Positions 9,948 to 19,297 of a stretch of 64,000 bases of DNA are shown piece by piece. Both the position numbers and the translations under genes were made by a program. Below the pieces are notes generated by a model. It saw only the letters and a program-made list of their open reading frames with translations, was not told the origin of the DNA and ran no database searches. Numbering within the stretch: position 1 is the first letter of the stretch; every line of letters begins with the position of its first letter. Origin of the DNA: Syntrophorhabdaceae bacterium (lineage in GTDB: Bacteria > Desulfobacterota > Syntrophorhabdia > Syntrophorhabdales > Syntrophorhabdaceae); assembly GCA_963666485.2 (NCBI GenBank), contig CAXXUO010000001.1, positions 224,001 to 288,000 on the forward strand, written 5' to 3'.

Positions 9948-10340
9948 ATGAAAAAGATCGCGATAATATCACTTCTCGTATTCAGCGCGGCGCTTATTCT
10001 GCCATTGACCGGCGAGGCCGGTGGCTATTATTATCATGGCGGATACTACGGCGGCTGCGGAAATTATTGGGTTCCCGCAGCGATCGTCGGCGGCGCAATA
10101 CTGGCCGGGGCCCTTTTTATCGGGACCATGAATTACCAGGCTTCAAAACCTGTACCCCCGCCGCAGCCCGTGCCCTACGCTTCCCCGGACCCGAACTTTG
10201 TTGCACGCTACGGAACGGCCCCCGCCCCTTCACTACCACCTCAGCAGCAACCGACCGGCGGTCAATGGGTCACGGTTCCTGCCCAGCAGGTCGGCAGCAC
10301 CTGGGTACCCGCGCACCGGGTCTTCGTACCGAACTCATAA
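9948..10340 (+). CDS. Exported Gly/Tyr/Pro-rich hypothetical protein
   Basis: AAGGA RBS, signal peptide MKKIAIISLL...GEA, second hydrophobic helix, C-terminal W.PAH motif. Confidence 0.7.
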   Translation: MKKIAIISLLVFSAALILPLTGEAGGYYYHGGYYGGCGNYWVPAAIVGGAILAGALFIGTMNYQASKPVPPPQPVPYASPDPNFVARYGTAPAPSLPPQQQPTGGQWVTVPAQQVGSTWVPAHRVFVPNS

Positions 10341-10345
10341 AAAAC

Positions 10346-10645
10346 CGTTCCACGTTCAGCTCATCCGCCCTCAGAGCGTTTCCCTGCCGTAAGATCCTGC
10401 AATTTTTTCAGCCAGATGTTCGAAATCCCCTGGGCCGTCATTCCGGCGAAGGCCGGAATCCAGCGTCTTTGTTTTTTTGGCCTGACTTTTCATTGGTGCA
10501 AAAATATTAAAGGCACTGGATTCCGCCGCAAAAGCCGGCGGAATGACGAGAAACAATTATTCATAAGTGGCTTTTTAACATTTGAACGATAGAACGGCAT
10601 TGAGGGTTTTTTTATCGTGGAACCTGGAACGTGGAACGTGGAACC
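10346..10645. repeat. Composite element: CGTTCCA arm - inverted CGTC-REP pair - (TGGAACS)4 arm
   Basis: REPs CGTCATTCCGGCGAAGGCCGGAATCCAG (10436) and CTGGATTCCGCCGCAAAAGCCGGCGGAATGACG (to 10548); between convergent stops. Confidence 0.85.
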
Positions 10646-10650
10646 TCTTT

Positions 10651-11835
10651 TTATTCAGTAAGTTCTCTGAAGCACGCTGCTCCACGGATGTAGTTGAAGT
10701 CTTTTTCGTTCTCGAAGATGCGGAGGTCTTTCACTTGGCCCGTGTCTAAGGCGGTCTTGATCCACTGGCATGCGCGGGTCGAGTTATGCCTGAGCGCTTC
10801 GACACGGGCGAGGAGCAACATCGATGCTACGTCATCGGGTTTTGATTCCCTGAACTTCGTAATGTCGGCAATTGATTTGTCGAACTGAAGCAGGTCTTTG
10901 TATATGACGGCCCTGGCGAGGTACGGGCCCGGGTTGTCCGGTTTTATCTCGATCGCTTTCGTGAAATCTGCAAGCGCCTTTTCCGGTTTTTTCTCGAAGG
11001 TATACATCATGCCGCGCTGGGAATATAGGAGTACATTCGACGGATTGATCGCGATCGCCCTGGTCAGCTCTTCTATTCCCTTGTCATATTTCTTCAGTAT
11101 GGCGTATATATCTGCCCGTCCCTGGTGCGCCTGCCAGAATTTGGGGGCTATCTCAAGCAACCTCTCGTAGTCGGCCATGGACCTGTCGTAATACCCGGTC
11201 TTTTGCTCGATAATGGCCCTTCCCAGGAGACTTAAGAATTCCTTCGGATTGAGCTCAAGCGCCTTCCCGTAGTCATCCACCGCCTTCTGGTTCTCGTTTA
11301 ACGCGGCGTACGTATTTCCCCGGAAGGTGAATGCACGCGGGTTCTTCGGGTCGAGCTCGATCGCCTTGTTGAGGTCGGTCAAGGCCTCAGGGTATTTTCT
11401 TTCGACATAAGACAGGATACCCCGCATCTCCCACGCCGCCTGGTTCCGCGGATTTATCCTGATGGCCTCCGACAGGTCTGTACGGGCAGCCCCGTAATTT
11501 CTCTCTTTTTCCCATACCTGGGCCCGCCCGATATGCGTCACGTCGCTCGCCGGGTTCAGCCCGATCGCCTTGTCGAAATCCGCCTTTGCCTTTCCCATAT
11601 CCCCCATGCCCTTGTAGGCAAATCCCCGCCATGTATACATGTCTGCGAGGGCAATGTCCTCCAGGTCGCCCTTCTTTATCGCATCGGTGCATGCTTTAAC
11701 CGCCTTGTCATACTGGCGGCCTACTGTCAGGTCCCTGCATCCTCCGGACGCTTTCACCCGGGCAGGCGCGAATAATACCATCGTTATCAAGACGATCGTT
11801 ATCAGACAGGTTGATCTCGAGATGCCCTGGCGCAT
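10651..11835 (-). CDS. Exported TPR-repeat protein
   Basis: Signal peptide; many AxxxRG...A..D..KAIELxP repeats; AGGAGG RBS. Confidence 0.9.
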   Translation of the reverse strand: MRQGISRSTCLITIVLITMVLFAPARVKASGGCRDLTVGRQYDKAVKACTDAIKKGDLEDIALADMYTWRGFAYKGMGDMGKAKADFDKAIGLNPASDVTHIGRAQVWEKERNYGAARTDLSEAIRINPRNQAAWEMRGILSYVERKYPEALTDLNKAIELDPKNPRAFTFRGNTYAALNENQKAVDDYGKALELNPKEFLSLLGRAIIEQKTGYYDRSMADYERLLEIAPKFWQAHQGRADIYAILKKYDKGIEELTRAIAINPSNVLLYSQRGMMYTFEKKPEKALADFTKAIEIKPDNPGPYLARAVIYKDLLQFDKSIADITKFRESKPDDVASMLLLARVEALRHNSTRACQWIKTALDTGQVKDLRIFENEKDFNYIRGAACFRELTE

Positions 11836-11903
11836 GGACGAAGCCTCCTTTAAGCCTGTGCATACTTTACATTATTCCGGTCAAATTTCAAGGGCTATGG
11901 ACG

Positions 11904-11932
11904 AAAAAAACCCCGTCTTTGATGGCGGGGTT
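11904..11932 (-). terminator. Intrinsic terminator of the nuo operon
   Basis: Minus strand AACCCCGCC-ATCAAA-GACGGGGTTTTTTT. Confidence 0.8.
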
Positions 11933-11954
11933 CAGGATGCTCAATAAAGTTCGT

Positions 11955-13415
11955 TTAACCGAAGATACCGACGGCCTTCTGCGCCATCACTATGAATACC
12001 TTCGGGAAAATACCCATGTACAGGAGGGCCAATATGCAGATGAGCATGACAAGCCCATACTGGGGCGCCCGGTCGGCTGTTCCCGACTCAGCGACAGGTT
12101 CCTTGAAATACATGTACATCATCACCCTGAGGTAGTAGTATGCGGCCACGACGCTGTTCAGGAAGCCGATGATAGCAAGCCAGTAAAACTGGGATTTGAC
12201 CGCCGTACTGAAAACATAGAACTTGCCCATGAACCCGGCAAGCGGCGGCACGCCGGCAAGTGACAGGAGAAAGATACTCATGCAAAGGGCTATGAACGGG
12301 TAGCGTGCGCCAAGCCCTGCAAAACTGTCGAGGTCGCTTCCGTTGTCGCCCTTCCGCTGCATCATGATAACAGCGGTGAAGGCGCCGATGTTCATGAATG
12401 TGTATGCGGCGAGATAATACAGCATGCTCGACGCCTGGGCCCTGTCGCCCGTGATAAAGGCAACCAGGATATACCCGGCATGCGCAATGCTTGAATATGC
12501 CAGCATCCTCTTGATGTCACGCTGGACGAGCGCTGTGATGTTCCCGACGGTCATCGTAAGCACCGCCAAAACCCATATGATCTCCGTCCAGCCAAACTGG
12601 AACGGGAGGAACGCCGTGAAAAAGACGCGTATCAGTGCGCCGAATGCGGCGGCCTTCACACCGGTCGCCATGTATGCGGTTATCGACGTCGGTGCGCCCT
12701 GGTAAACGTCCGGTGTCCACATATGAAAAGGCACCGAAGCGATCTTGAACCCGAAGCCGACAAGAAGGAAGCCAAGGCCGATCAGGAACATGGTAACCGA
12801 GAACGGCTGTTTCATGAGGAAGTATCTCTTCAGTTCGACCACGTCTATTATGCCGGTGGACCCGTATATCATGGACATGCCGTACAGGAGAAACCCTGTC
12901 GCGAATGCACCGAGGAGAAAATATTTCAGGGCTGCCTCGACGGATGCGATATTGCCCCTCAAAAGGCCGCAGAGAACATAGATCGAAAGGGACATCACCT
13001 CGAGCCCGATGAATATCGTGATGAAATGATGCGACGAGGTCATGACCATCATGCCGAGAACGCCGAACATGAGCAGCGAATAATATTCGCCTCCCCCTAT
13101 CTCCTCCCGGTCGGCATATCTTAAGGAAACGAGTGACACGAGGATGAGGATGGCGAGGAACATTATTTTAAAGAAGGTCCCGTAATTGTCGATCGTGTAA
13201 AGCTGATTGAAGATATCGAGGTTCGTCCCCCACAGGTTGGCTGTGAAGATAAGCGCCAGCAGGGAGCCGAATATGCACAGGGAACCGGAGATCTTCGACG
13301 CCACGGGGCCCTTCGTCAGGCCGCCTATGATAAGCAGCAGAAGTCCGAACCCGGTGATCATGATCTCGGGTAATATCCATCTAAATTCGCAGGCTGGTAT
13401 TAAAGCGTCCATCAA
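11955..13415 (-). CDS. nuoN: NADH-quinone oxidoreductase subunit N
   Basis: EAALKYFLLG, FKIASVPFHMWTPDVYQGAP, KRMLAYSSIAH. Confidence 0.96.
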   Translation of the reverse strand: MMDALIPACEFRWILPEIMITGFGLLLLIIGGLTKGPVASKISGSLCIFGSLLALIFTANLWGTNLDIFNQLYTIDNYGTFFKIMFLAILILVSLVSLRYADREEIGGGEYYSLLMFGVLGMMVMTSSHHFITIFIGLEVMSLSIYVLCGLLRGNIASVEAALKYFLLGAFATGFLLYGMSMIYGSTGIIDVVELKRYFLMKQPFSVTMFLIGLGFLLVGFGFKIASVPFHMWTPDVYQGAPTSITAYMATGVKAAAFGALIRVFFTAFLPFQFGWTEIIWVLAVLTMTVGNITALVQRDIKRMLAYSSIAHAGYILVAFITGDRAQASSMLYYLAAYTFMNIGAFTAVIMMQRKGDNGSDLDSFAGLGARYPFIALCMSIFLLSLAGVPPLAGFMGKFYVFSTAVKSQFYWLAIIGFLNSVVAAYYYLRVMMYMYFKEPVAESGTADRAPQYGLVMLICILALLYMGIFPKVFIVMAQKAVGIFG

Positions 13416-13423
13416 TCAGACCC

Positions 13424-15010
13424 CTATCTCGTCATATTCGTGTTCGTTGCTTCAACTGCAACTTTCGCCGTGGACCCGGTATTCTGTTCAAGCATCCTCG
13501 CCTGGGCATTCCTGTTCTTGACGAGGCTTAAATACTCGGTAACCGATGTATCCATTTTATTGAAGAACATCTTCGGGTAGATACCCATCAGAAGGATAAA
13601 GAAGACCATGCAGCACAGGATGGTTATTTCGCGGCCTTCAAGGTCTTTGAGTTCCCTGTTGGCGTCCTTCGTAACAACGCCGAACATGACCCTCTGGAAC
13701 ATCCAGAGCATGTACACCGCGCCGAGGATGACACCCGTCGTCGCGAGTATGCCGTAGACCGTGTTGGCCTTGAACGCGCCAAGCAGGATAAGGAACTCAC
13801 CCACGAAGCCATTCGTCCCGGGCAGGGCTATGGATGAAAGCGTTATGATCATAAAGAAAACGGCAAATATGGGCATAACCTTCGAGATCCCACCGAAATC
13901 GGCGATCATCCTCGTGTGCCTTCTCTCATATATCATGCCGACGATAAGGAAGAGCCCGCCGGTGGAGATGCCGTGGTTGAGCATCTGGTAGATGCCGCCC
14001 TGGACGCCCTGCATGTTGAAGGCAAAAATACCGAGCATGACGTAACCTAAGTGGCTCACGCTCGAGAAGGCGATAAGCCGCTTGAGATCGGGCTGCATCA
14101 TGCTGACGATCGCGCCGTAAATGATGCCGATGACAGCGAGTATGGACATGAGGGGGACCGCATCAATCGCGGCAGCCGGGAACAGGGGGATCGCAAACCG
14201 GATGAAACCGTATGTTCCCATTTTCAGGAGAACACCGGCGAGGATGACACTGCCGGCGGTAGGTGCCTCGGTATGGGCATCGGGCAACCATGTATGCACC
14301 GGGAACATCGGCACCTTGATGGCGAACGACAGGGCGAATGCGCCGAACAGCCAGTACTGTTTCGCGATCGGTATACTCGCCTTATACAGTTCCATTACGT
14401 TGAACGTATAGATGCCGCTCTGTGCGTAATAGTAGAAGTACAGGTAAAGTATGGCGACCAGCATGAGAACGCTGCCTGCCATCGTGAAGAGAAAGAACTT
14501 TATGGCTGCGTAAATGCGGTTCGGGCCGCCCCATATGCCGATGAGAAGGTACATCGGGATGAGCATCAATTCCCAGAAAACGTAGAAGAGAACGAGGTCG
14601 AGGGCGCAGAGTGTACCGATCATTGCCGTTTCCAGGAAAAGGAACGTGATATAGTATTCCTTCACCTTGTCCTCGATCGCCTTCCATGAACAGAGCACAC
14701 AGATCACCGTGAGGAACGTGGTGAGAAGGACGAGCAGGAGGCTGATACCGTCAATGCCGATATAGTAGCTGATACCCCAATCCGGGAACCAGTCGGCTTT
14801 TTCGACAAACTGCATTCCCTTCGCTGTATTGCTGAACTTGTAAAAGAGCGGGACAGACGCGAAGAGTTCGAACAGGGAGAATACCAGCGTGGCAGACTTG
14901 ATGAGAAGGGTGTTTTCGCGCTTTACGAAAAGCAGCAGCACCGCCCCCAGAAGAGGGAAGAATATCAGGAATGTAAGTATTGGTATACCGAAAACTGAGA
15001 ACTCCGTCAT
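13424..15010 (-). CDS. nuoM: NADH-quinone oxidoreductase subunit M
   Basis: GIDGIS, FYVFWE, KVPMFPVHTWLPDAHTEAP, LPGTNGFVGE. Confidence 0.96.
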   Translation of the reverse strand: MTEFSVFGIPILTFLIFFPLLGAVLLLFVKRENTLLIKSATLVFSLFELFASVPLFYKFSNTAKGMQFVEKADWFPDWGISYYIGIDGISLLLVLLTTFLTVICVLCSWKAIEDKVKEYYITFLFLETAMIGTLCALDLVLFYVFWELMLIPMYLLIGIWGGPNRIYAAIKFFLFTMAGSVLMLVAILYLYFYYYAQSGIYTFNVMELYKASIPIAKQYWLFGAFALSFAIKVPMFPVHTWLPDAHTEAPTAGSVILAGVLLKMGTYGFIRFAIPLFPAAAIDAVPLMSILAVIGIIYGAIVSMMQPDLKRLIAFSSVSHLGYVMLGIFAFNMQGVQGGIYQMLNHGISTGGLFLIVGMIYERRHTRMIADFGGISKVMPIFAVFFMIITLSSIALPGTNGFVGEFLILLGAFKANTVYGILATTGVILGAVYMLWMFQRVMFGVVTKDANRELKDLEGREITILCCMVFFILLMGIYPKMFFNKMDTSVTEYLSLVKNRNAQARMLEQNTGSTAKVAVEATNTNMTR

Positions 15011-15020
15011 GTACGCACCT

Positions 15021-17006
15021 TTACAAGATTCTCGAAATAAGATAACCGACCACTGCTATCGCGCCGAGGATGACCGCAAATGCATAGCCCTGCACCGCAC
15101 CCGTCTGTACCTTGCGGATGATGCCGCCCACTCCGGCCAGGAGCGATGCGATACCATTCACGATGCCATCTACGATCATCTCGTCGAAAAAGTCTTTGCA
15201 GAACCTGCCGAGTTTCAGAAGGCCCCGCACGAATATGAAGCCGTACAGCTCATCTATGAAATACTTGTTATGGACCAGCGTGAACAGCCCGTGGAACTTT
15301 TCCACAAATTTCTTCGGGAGGTTCGGGTTCTTCACGTAAAAAAGCCAGGCGATGAATATGCCGAGGAGCCCGATGATAACGGCGCCTATCATGAGCTGCA
15401 TCTCCATCCCGTGATCGGCGCCCGCCGCTCCGCCGGATGAGGCGAATGCGGTGCTGATGATATTGAAGCCGCCCGCGTGCGCCGCAGCCGGTGCCGCATG
15501 GTGCCCAAATACAGGTTCCAGCCATTTCTCTATATGATTGGAGCCGCCGAGCAGGCCGGGGACGCCGACGTAGCCGCCGATTATGCTGAGGACCGCAAGG
15601 ATCATGAGAGGCACGGTCATAACCTTCGGAGACTCGTGGATGTGATGTTTTACCTCTTCATCCGCCCTGCATTCTCCGTGGAATGTGCTGAAGAACATCC
15701 GGAACATGTAGAACGCGGTCATGCCGGCTGTTATGGCGCCTATGGCCCAGAACCAGAAGCTGTTATATTTGCTGAAGGCCATCCAGAGGATCTCGTCCTT
15801 GCTGAAAAACCCTGATAAGCCCGGTACGCCCGCGATGGCGAGACATGCGATAAATGTCGTCCAGTAGGTGATGGGGGTTTTCTTGCGGAGCCCGCCCATT
15901 TTTCTCATGTCGAGTTCGCCGCTCATAGCGTGCATCACGGAACCGGCCGCGAGGAAGAGCAGGCCCTTGAAGAAGGCATGCGTCATGAGGTGGAAAACGC
16001 CGGCTGCGTATGCGCCCGCGCCCACACCGACGAACATGTAGCCGAGCTGGCTGACGGTGGAATACGCGAGGACGCGCTTGATATCGTACTGGGCTGTGCC
16101 GATCGTTGCGGCAAAGAACGCGGTCGCGAGACCGATGATCGTGACGACGAGGAGCGTCGTCGGCGCGAGGACGTACAGGAAATTAAGCCGTGCGATCATG
16201 TAGACGCCGGCGGTGACCATCGTGGCAGCGTGGATCAGCGAGCTGACAGGCGTCGGGCCTTCCATCGCGTCAGGCAGCCAGACATAAAGGGGTATCTGCG
16301 CCGATTTTCCCGTTGCGCCGACAAAGAACAGAAGCGTGATGACCGTTGCAAGCCCCGGCCCGATGAGGTGCGCGTTGGCCTGAATTTCGGAGAATTTCAA
16401 TGTCCAGATGCCCTGGGAGCCCAGGTACCCGACCAGCGTGAACACGCCGAGGAGGAACCCGAAGTCGCCGATCCTGTTGACGATGAACGCTTTTTTGCCG
16501 GCATTCGCCGCCGAGTCCTTTTCATACCAGAACCCGATGAGGAGATATGAACACAAACCGACGCCTTCCCACCCGACAAACATGAGAAGGGCGTTGTCGG
16601 CGGTGACCAGCGTCAGCATCATGAAAACGAACAGGTTGAGATAGCAGAAAAAGCGTCTGAACCCGGGGTCGTCGTGCATATAGCCGACAGAATAAATATG
16701 GATGAGTGAGCCGACACCCGAGACGATGAGGCACATGATGATGGACAAGGCGTCGATCCGGAACCCGATCGTTGTCTTGAGGTCGCCCGAGACGATCCAG
16801 TCGAACACGGTCTTTTCGAATACCCTGCTTTCCGGCGCCATCTGCAGGAACTGGACGAATATGGTTGCCGATACGGCGAAGGATGCAATAACAGCCAGGC
16901 ATGCAATCCAGGCGGTCAAAGTCTTCGGGAATTTTATCCCGAGAAGGCCATTGATCAGGAACCCGATCGCGGGAAATGCCGGAATAAGCCAGATAAGGTC
17001 AGCCAT
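15021..17006 (-). CDS. nuoL: NADH-quinone oxidoreductase subunit L
   Basis: GWEGVG, NRIGD, KSAQIPLYVWLPDAMEGPTPVS, HAFFKG. Confidence 0.96.
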   Translation of the reverse strand: MADLIWLIPAFPAIGFLINGLLGIKFPKTLTAWIACLAVIASFAVSATIFVQFLQMAPESRVFEKTVFDWIVSGDLKTTIGFRIDALSIIMCLIVSGVGSLIHIYSVGYMHDDPGFRRFFCYLNLFVFMMLTLVTADNALLMFVGWEGVGLCSYLLIGFWYEKDSAANAGKKAFIVNRIGDFGFLLGVFTLVGYLGSQGIWTLKFSEIQANAHLIGPGLATVITLLFFVGATGKSAQIPLYVWLPDAMEGPTPVSSLIHAATMVTAGVYMIARLNFLYVLAPTTLLVVTIIGLATAFFAATIGTAQYDIKRVLAYSTVSQLGYMFVGVGAGAYAAGVFHLMTHAFFKGLLFLAAGSVMHAMSGELDMRKMGGLRKKTPITYWTTFIACLAIAGVPGLSGFFSKDEILWMAFSKYNSFWFWAIGAITAGMTAFYMFRMFFSTFHGECRADEEVKHHIHESPKVMTVPLMILAVLSIIGGYVGVPGLLGGSNHIEKWLEPVFGHHAAPAAAHAGGFNIISTAFASSGGAAGADHGMEMQLMIGAVIIGLLGIFIAWLFYVKNPNLPKKFVEKFHGLFTLVHNKYFIDELYGFIFVRGLLKLGRFCKDFFDEMIVDGIVNGIASLLAGVGGIIRKVQTGAVQGYAFAVILGAIAVVGYLISRIL

Positions 17007-17020
17007 TTGAAACCCCTTCT

Positions 17021-17332
17021 TTAGCCTTTAAGCAGATTGAATTCGTCTACGTGTACTGTGCCCTTGTGCCTGAAGATGAGCACGAATATAGCAAGGCCCA
17101 CCGCCGCCTCGGCCGCCGCAACGGCCATGATGAAGATGACGAAGATGGCCCCGTCAAGGGAATTCAGGAAATTACCCGAGGTGATAAAGCTCAGGTTGAC
17201 CGCATTCAGCATGAGCTCTATGCACATGAAGATCACGATCGCGTTCCGGCGCGTGATGACGCCGATCGCCCCGATGGTGAAAAGTACTGCCGACAACAGA
17301 TAATAGAGGTCCTGCGGTATCTCGGGCAACAT
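17021..17332 (-). CDS. nuoK: NADH-quinone oxidoreductase subunit K
   Basis: [22 protein letters not shown]. Confidence 0.96.
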   Translation of the reverse strand: MLPEIPQDLYYLLSAVLFTIGAIGVITRRNAIVIFMCIELMLNAVNLSFITSGNFLNSLDGAIFVIFIMAVAAAEAAVGLAIFVLIFRHKGTVHVDEFNLLKG

Positions 17333-17340
17333 TATCTCTC

Positions 17341-17874
17341 CTATTCCTTTCTTTTCCTGGCAAGCAGCACCGCGCCGACGATACCGACAAGGAGAAGTAT
17401 CGAGGCGACTTCAAATGCGAATGCGTACTTGCCGTAAAGCAGGGCCCCAATCGCCCGGGTATTGCCTATCTCGGCGAGTTTCTGGGCGCTGTAGATGCCG
17501 TGCTGTCCTGAGTCGCTGTATGTGTATATGCCTGCAAGGACCTGCAGGAAGAGTGCTATCGTAATAATGGACCCGATGACTTTCGGGAAAGACTTTTTTG
17601 AGCCCCACTGTGCGCCCCATTCCAGGTGGATAAGCATGATAACGAAAAGGACGAGCATCATGATCGCCCCGGCGTATACCATGACCTGTGCGACTGCTAT
17701 GAAGGTCGCGTTGAGGGTGATGTACAGGACGGCGACGGAGAAAAATGTCACGATCAGCCATAATGCGCTGTGGATCGGGTTTTTACGTGTTACCATCATA
17801 AGGGATGAGCCCGTTGCCGTAAGGGCCATCACAACAAAGATAAACCATTTAAATCCGAGTCCAATTTCCATCAT
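17341..17874 (-). CDS. nuoJ: NADH-quinone oxidoreductase subunit J
   Basis: [33 protein letters not shown]. Confidence 0.95.
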   Translation of the reverse strand: MMEIGLGFKWFIFVVMALTATGSSLMMVTRKNPIHSALWLIVTFFSVAVLYITLNATFIAVAQVMVYAGAIMMLVLFVIMLIHLEWGAQWGSKKSFPKVIGSIITIALFLQVLAGIYTYSDSGQHGIYSAQKLAEIGNTRAIGALLYGKYAFAFEVASILLLVGIVGAVLLARKRKE

Positions 17875-18296
17875 TTTTTATCCTCATACATGGAAAGGAG
17901 TTTTTTCGTATCCAGCACAAAATCTTCCTTCCGGTAATGTGCCTGCTCGTAATCCTTGCCGAGGTTGATGGCATTGACCGGACATGCATCCTGGCAAAAT
18001 CCGCAGAAGATGCAGCGCCAGGGATCTATCTCGTATTTGACGGGGTAACGTTTCCCGTCGAATTTCTCGCCTATTTCAAGCGTGATGCACTGGTTCGGGC
18101 AGGCTGCCACGCACAGGCCGCACGCTACGCAGGCTGTCTCGCCGGCCTCGTTTTTCTTGAAATAATGCACGCCGCGCCATCTTTCCGGCACTTCGTGCTT
18201 CTTTTCCGGGTATTGGTACGTGATCGGCTTCGTGAACACCCGGGTGAACGTGAGCCGAAGTCCTTTAAGGAGAGGAAGGACTATCTTGTCTTTCAT
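17871..18296 (-). CDS. nuoI: NADH-quinone oxidoreductase subunit I
   Basis: TYQYPE, CVACGLCVAACP and CIFCGFCQDACP; ATG overlaps nuoH stop (TAATG). Confidence 0.94.
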   Translation of the reverse strand: MKDKIVLPLLKGLRLTFTRVFTKPITYQYPEKKHEVPERWRGVHYFKKNEAGETACVACGLCVAACPNQCITLEIGEKFDGKRYPVKYEIDPWRCIFCGFCQDACPVNAINLGKDYEQAHYRKEDFVLDTKKLLSMYEDKK

Positions 18297-19294
18297 TACA
18301 GCACCCCCATTGCCACGAGGGCAGCAGTTACGACAACGTTGAGAAGCGTCAGCGGCAGAAGGACCTTCCATCCGAACTGCATGATATGGTCATATCTCAA
18401 CCGCGGATAGGTTCCCCTCTCCCAGATGAAGAAGAAGATGATCACGAAGACCTTGATGATGAACCACAGCGGCCCGAGGTACGCGGGGCCGGGGCCCATC
18501 CAGCCGCCGAGGAAGAGCGTCGTGACGATCGCCGCGACCGTGAACATGTGGGCGTATTCCGCGATCATGAACGTTGCGAATTTCATACTGCTGTACTCAA
18601 TATTAAAACCGCATGCCAGCTCGCTTTCCGATTCCGGCATGTCGAACGGTGTCCTGTTTATTTCTGCAAGGCCTGCAACCAGGTAAAAGATGAAGCCGAA
18701 GGGATACTTGACGATGAACCAGAGCCCCGACTGTGCATTGACGATCTCGCGCAGGTTGAGCGACCCGGCGATGATGATCGTGCCTATTACGGCGAGGCCG
18801 AGGGCCACTTCGTAGCTGATCATCTGGGCCGCGGCACGCAGGGCGCCGAGGACGCCGTACTTGTTGCCGGACGCCCATCCGCCGAGGACCACCCCGTATT
18901 CGCCGAGGGTAGCGAGGGCGAGGAGGTAAAGGAGCCCGGTGTCGATATCTGCGACAACCATCTTGACCTGCCTGCCCAACAATTCCACGGTCGGCCCGAA
19001 CGGGATGACGGCGAACATGCTGAGCGCCGCAAAAAGTGATATGCCGGGCGCGAGCACGTATAACACCTTGTCGGCCTCATCGGGGATGATGTCTTCCTTG
19101 AAGAAGGACTTGACGCCGTCTGCGATCGGCTGGAGAAGACCGAAGGGGCCTACCCTGTTCGGCCCGGGCCTGACCTGCAGGCGGCCGAGGAGCTTCCTTT
19201 CAAGGAGAGTGGTGTATGCCACGCACCCCATGAGAACGGCCACGACGACGATGTTCTTAACGACCATTATACCTAACGTGATAAGCTGTTCCAT
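18296..19294 (-). CDS. nuoH: NADH-quinone oxidoreductase subunit H
   Basis: ERK...Q.RPGPNRVGPFGLLQPIADGVK, RTPFD, RLRYD. Confidence 0.97.
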   Translation of the reverse strand: MEQLITLGIMVVKNIVVVAVLMGCVAYTTLLERKLLGRLQVRPGPNRVGPFGLLQPIADGVKSFFKEDIIPDEADKVLYVLAPGISLFAALSMFAVIPFGPTVELLGRQVKMVVADIDTGLLYLLALATLGEYGVVLGGWASGNKYGVLGALRAAAQMISYEVALGLAVIGTIIIAGSLNLREIVNAQSGLWFIVKYPFGFIFYLVAGLAEINRTPFDMPESESELACGFNIEYSSMKFATFMIAEYAHMFTVAAIVTTLFLGGWMGPGPAYLGPLWFIIKVFVIIFFFIWERGTYPRLRYDHIMQFGWKVLLPLTLLNVVVTAALVAMGVL

Positions 19295-19297
19295 GCG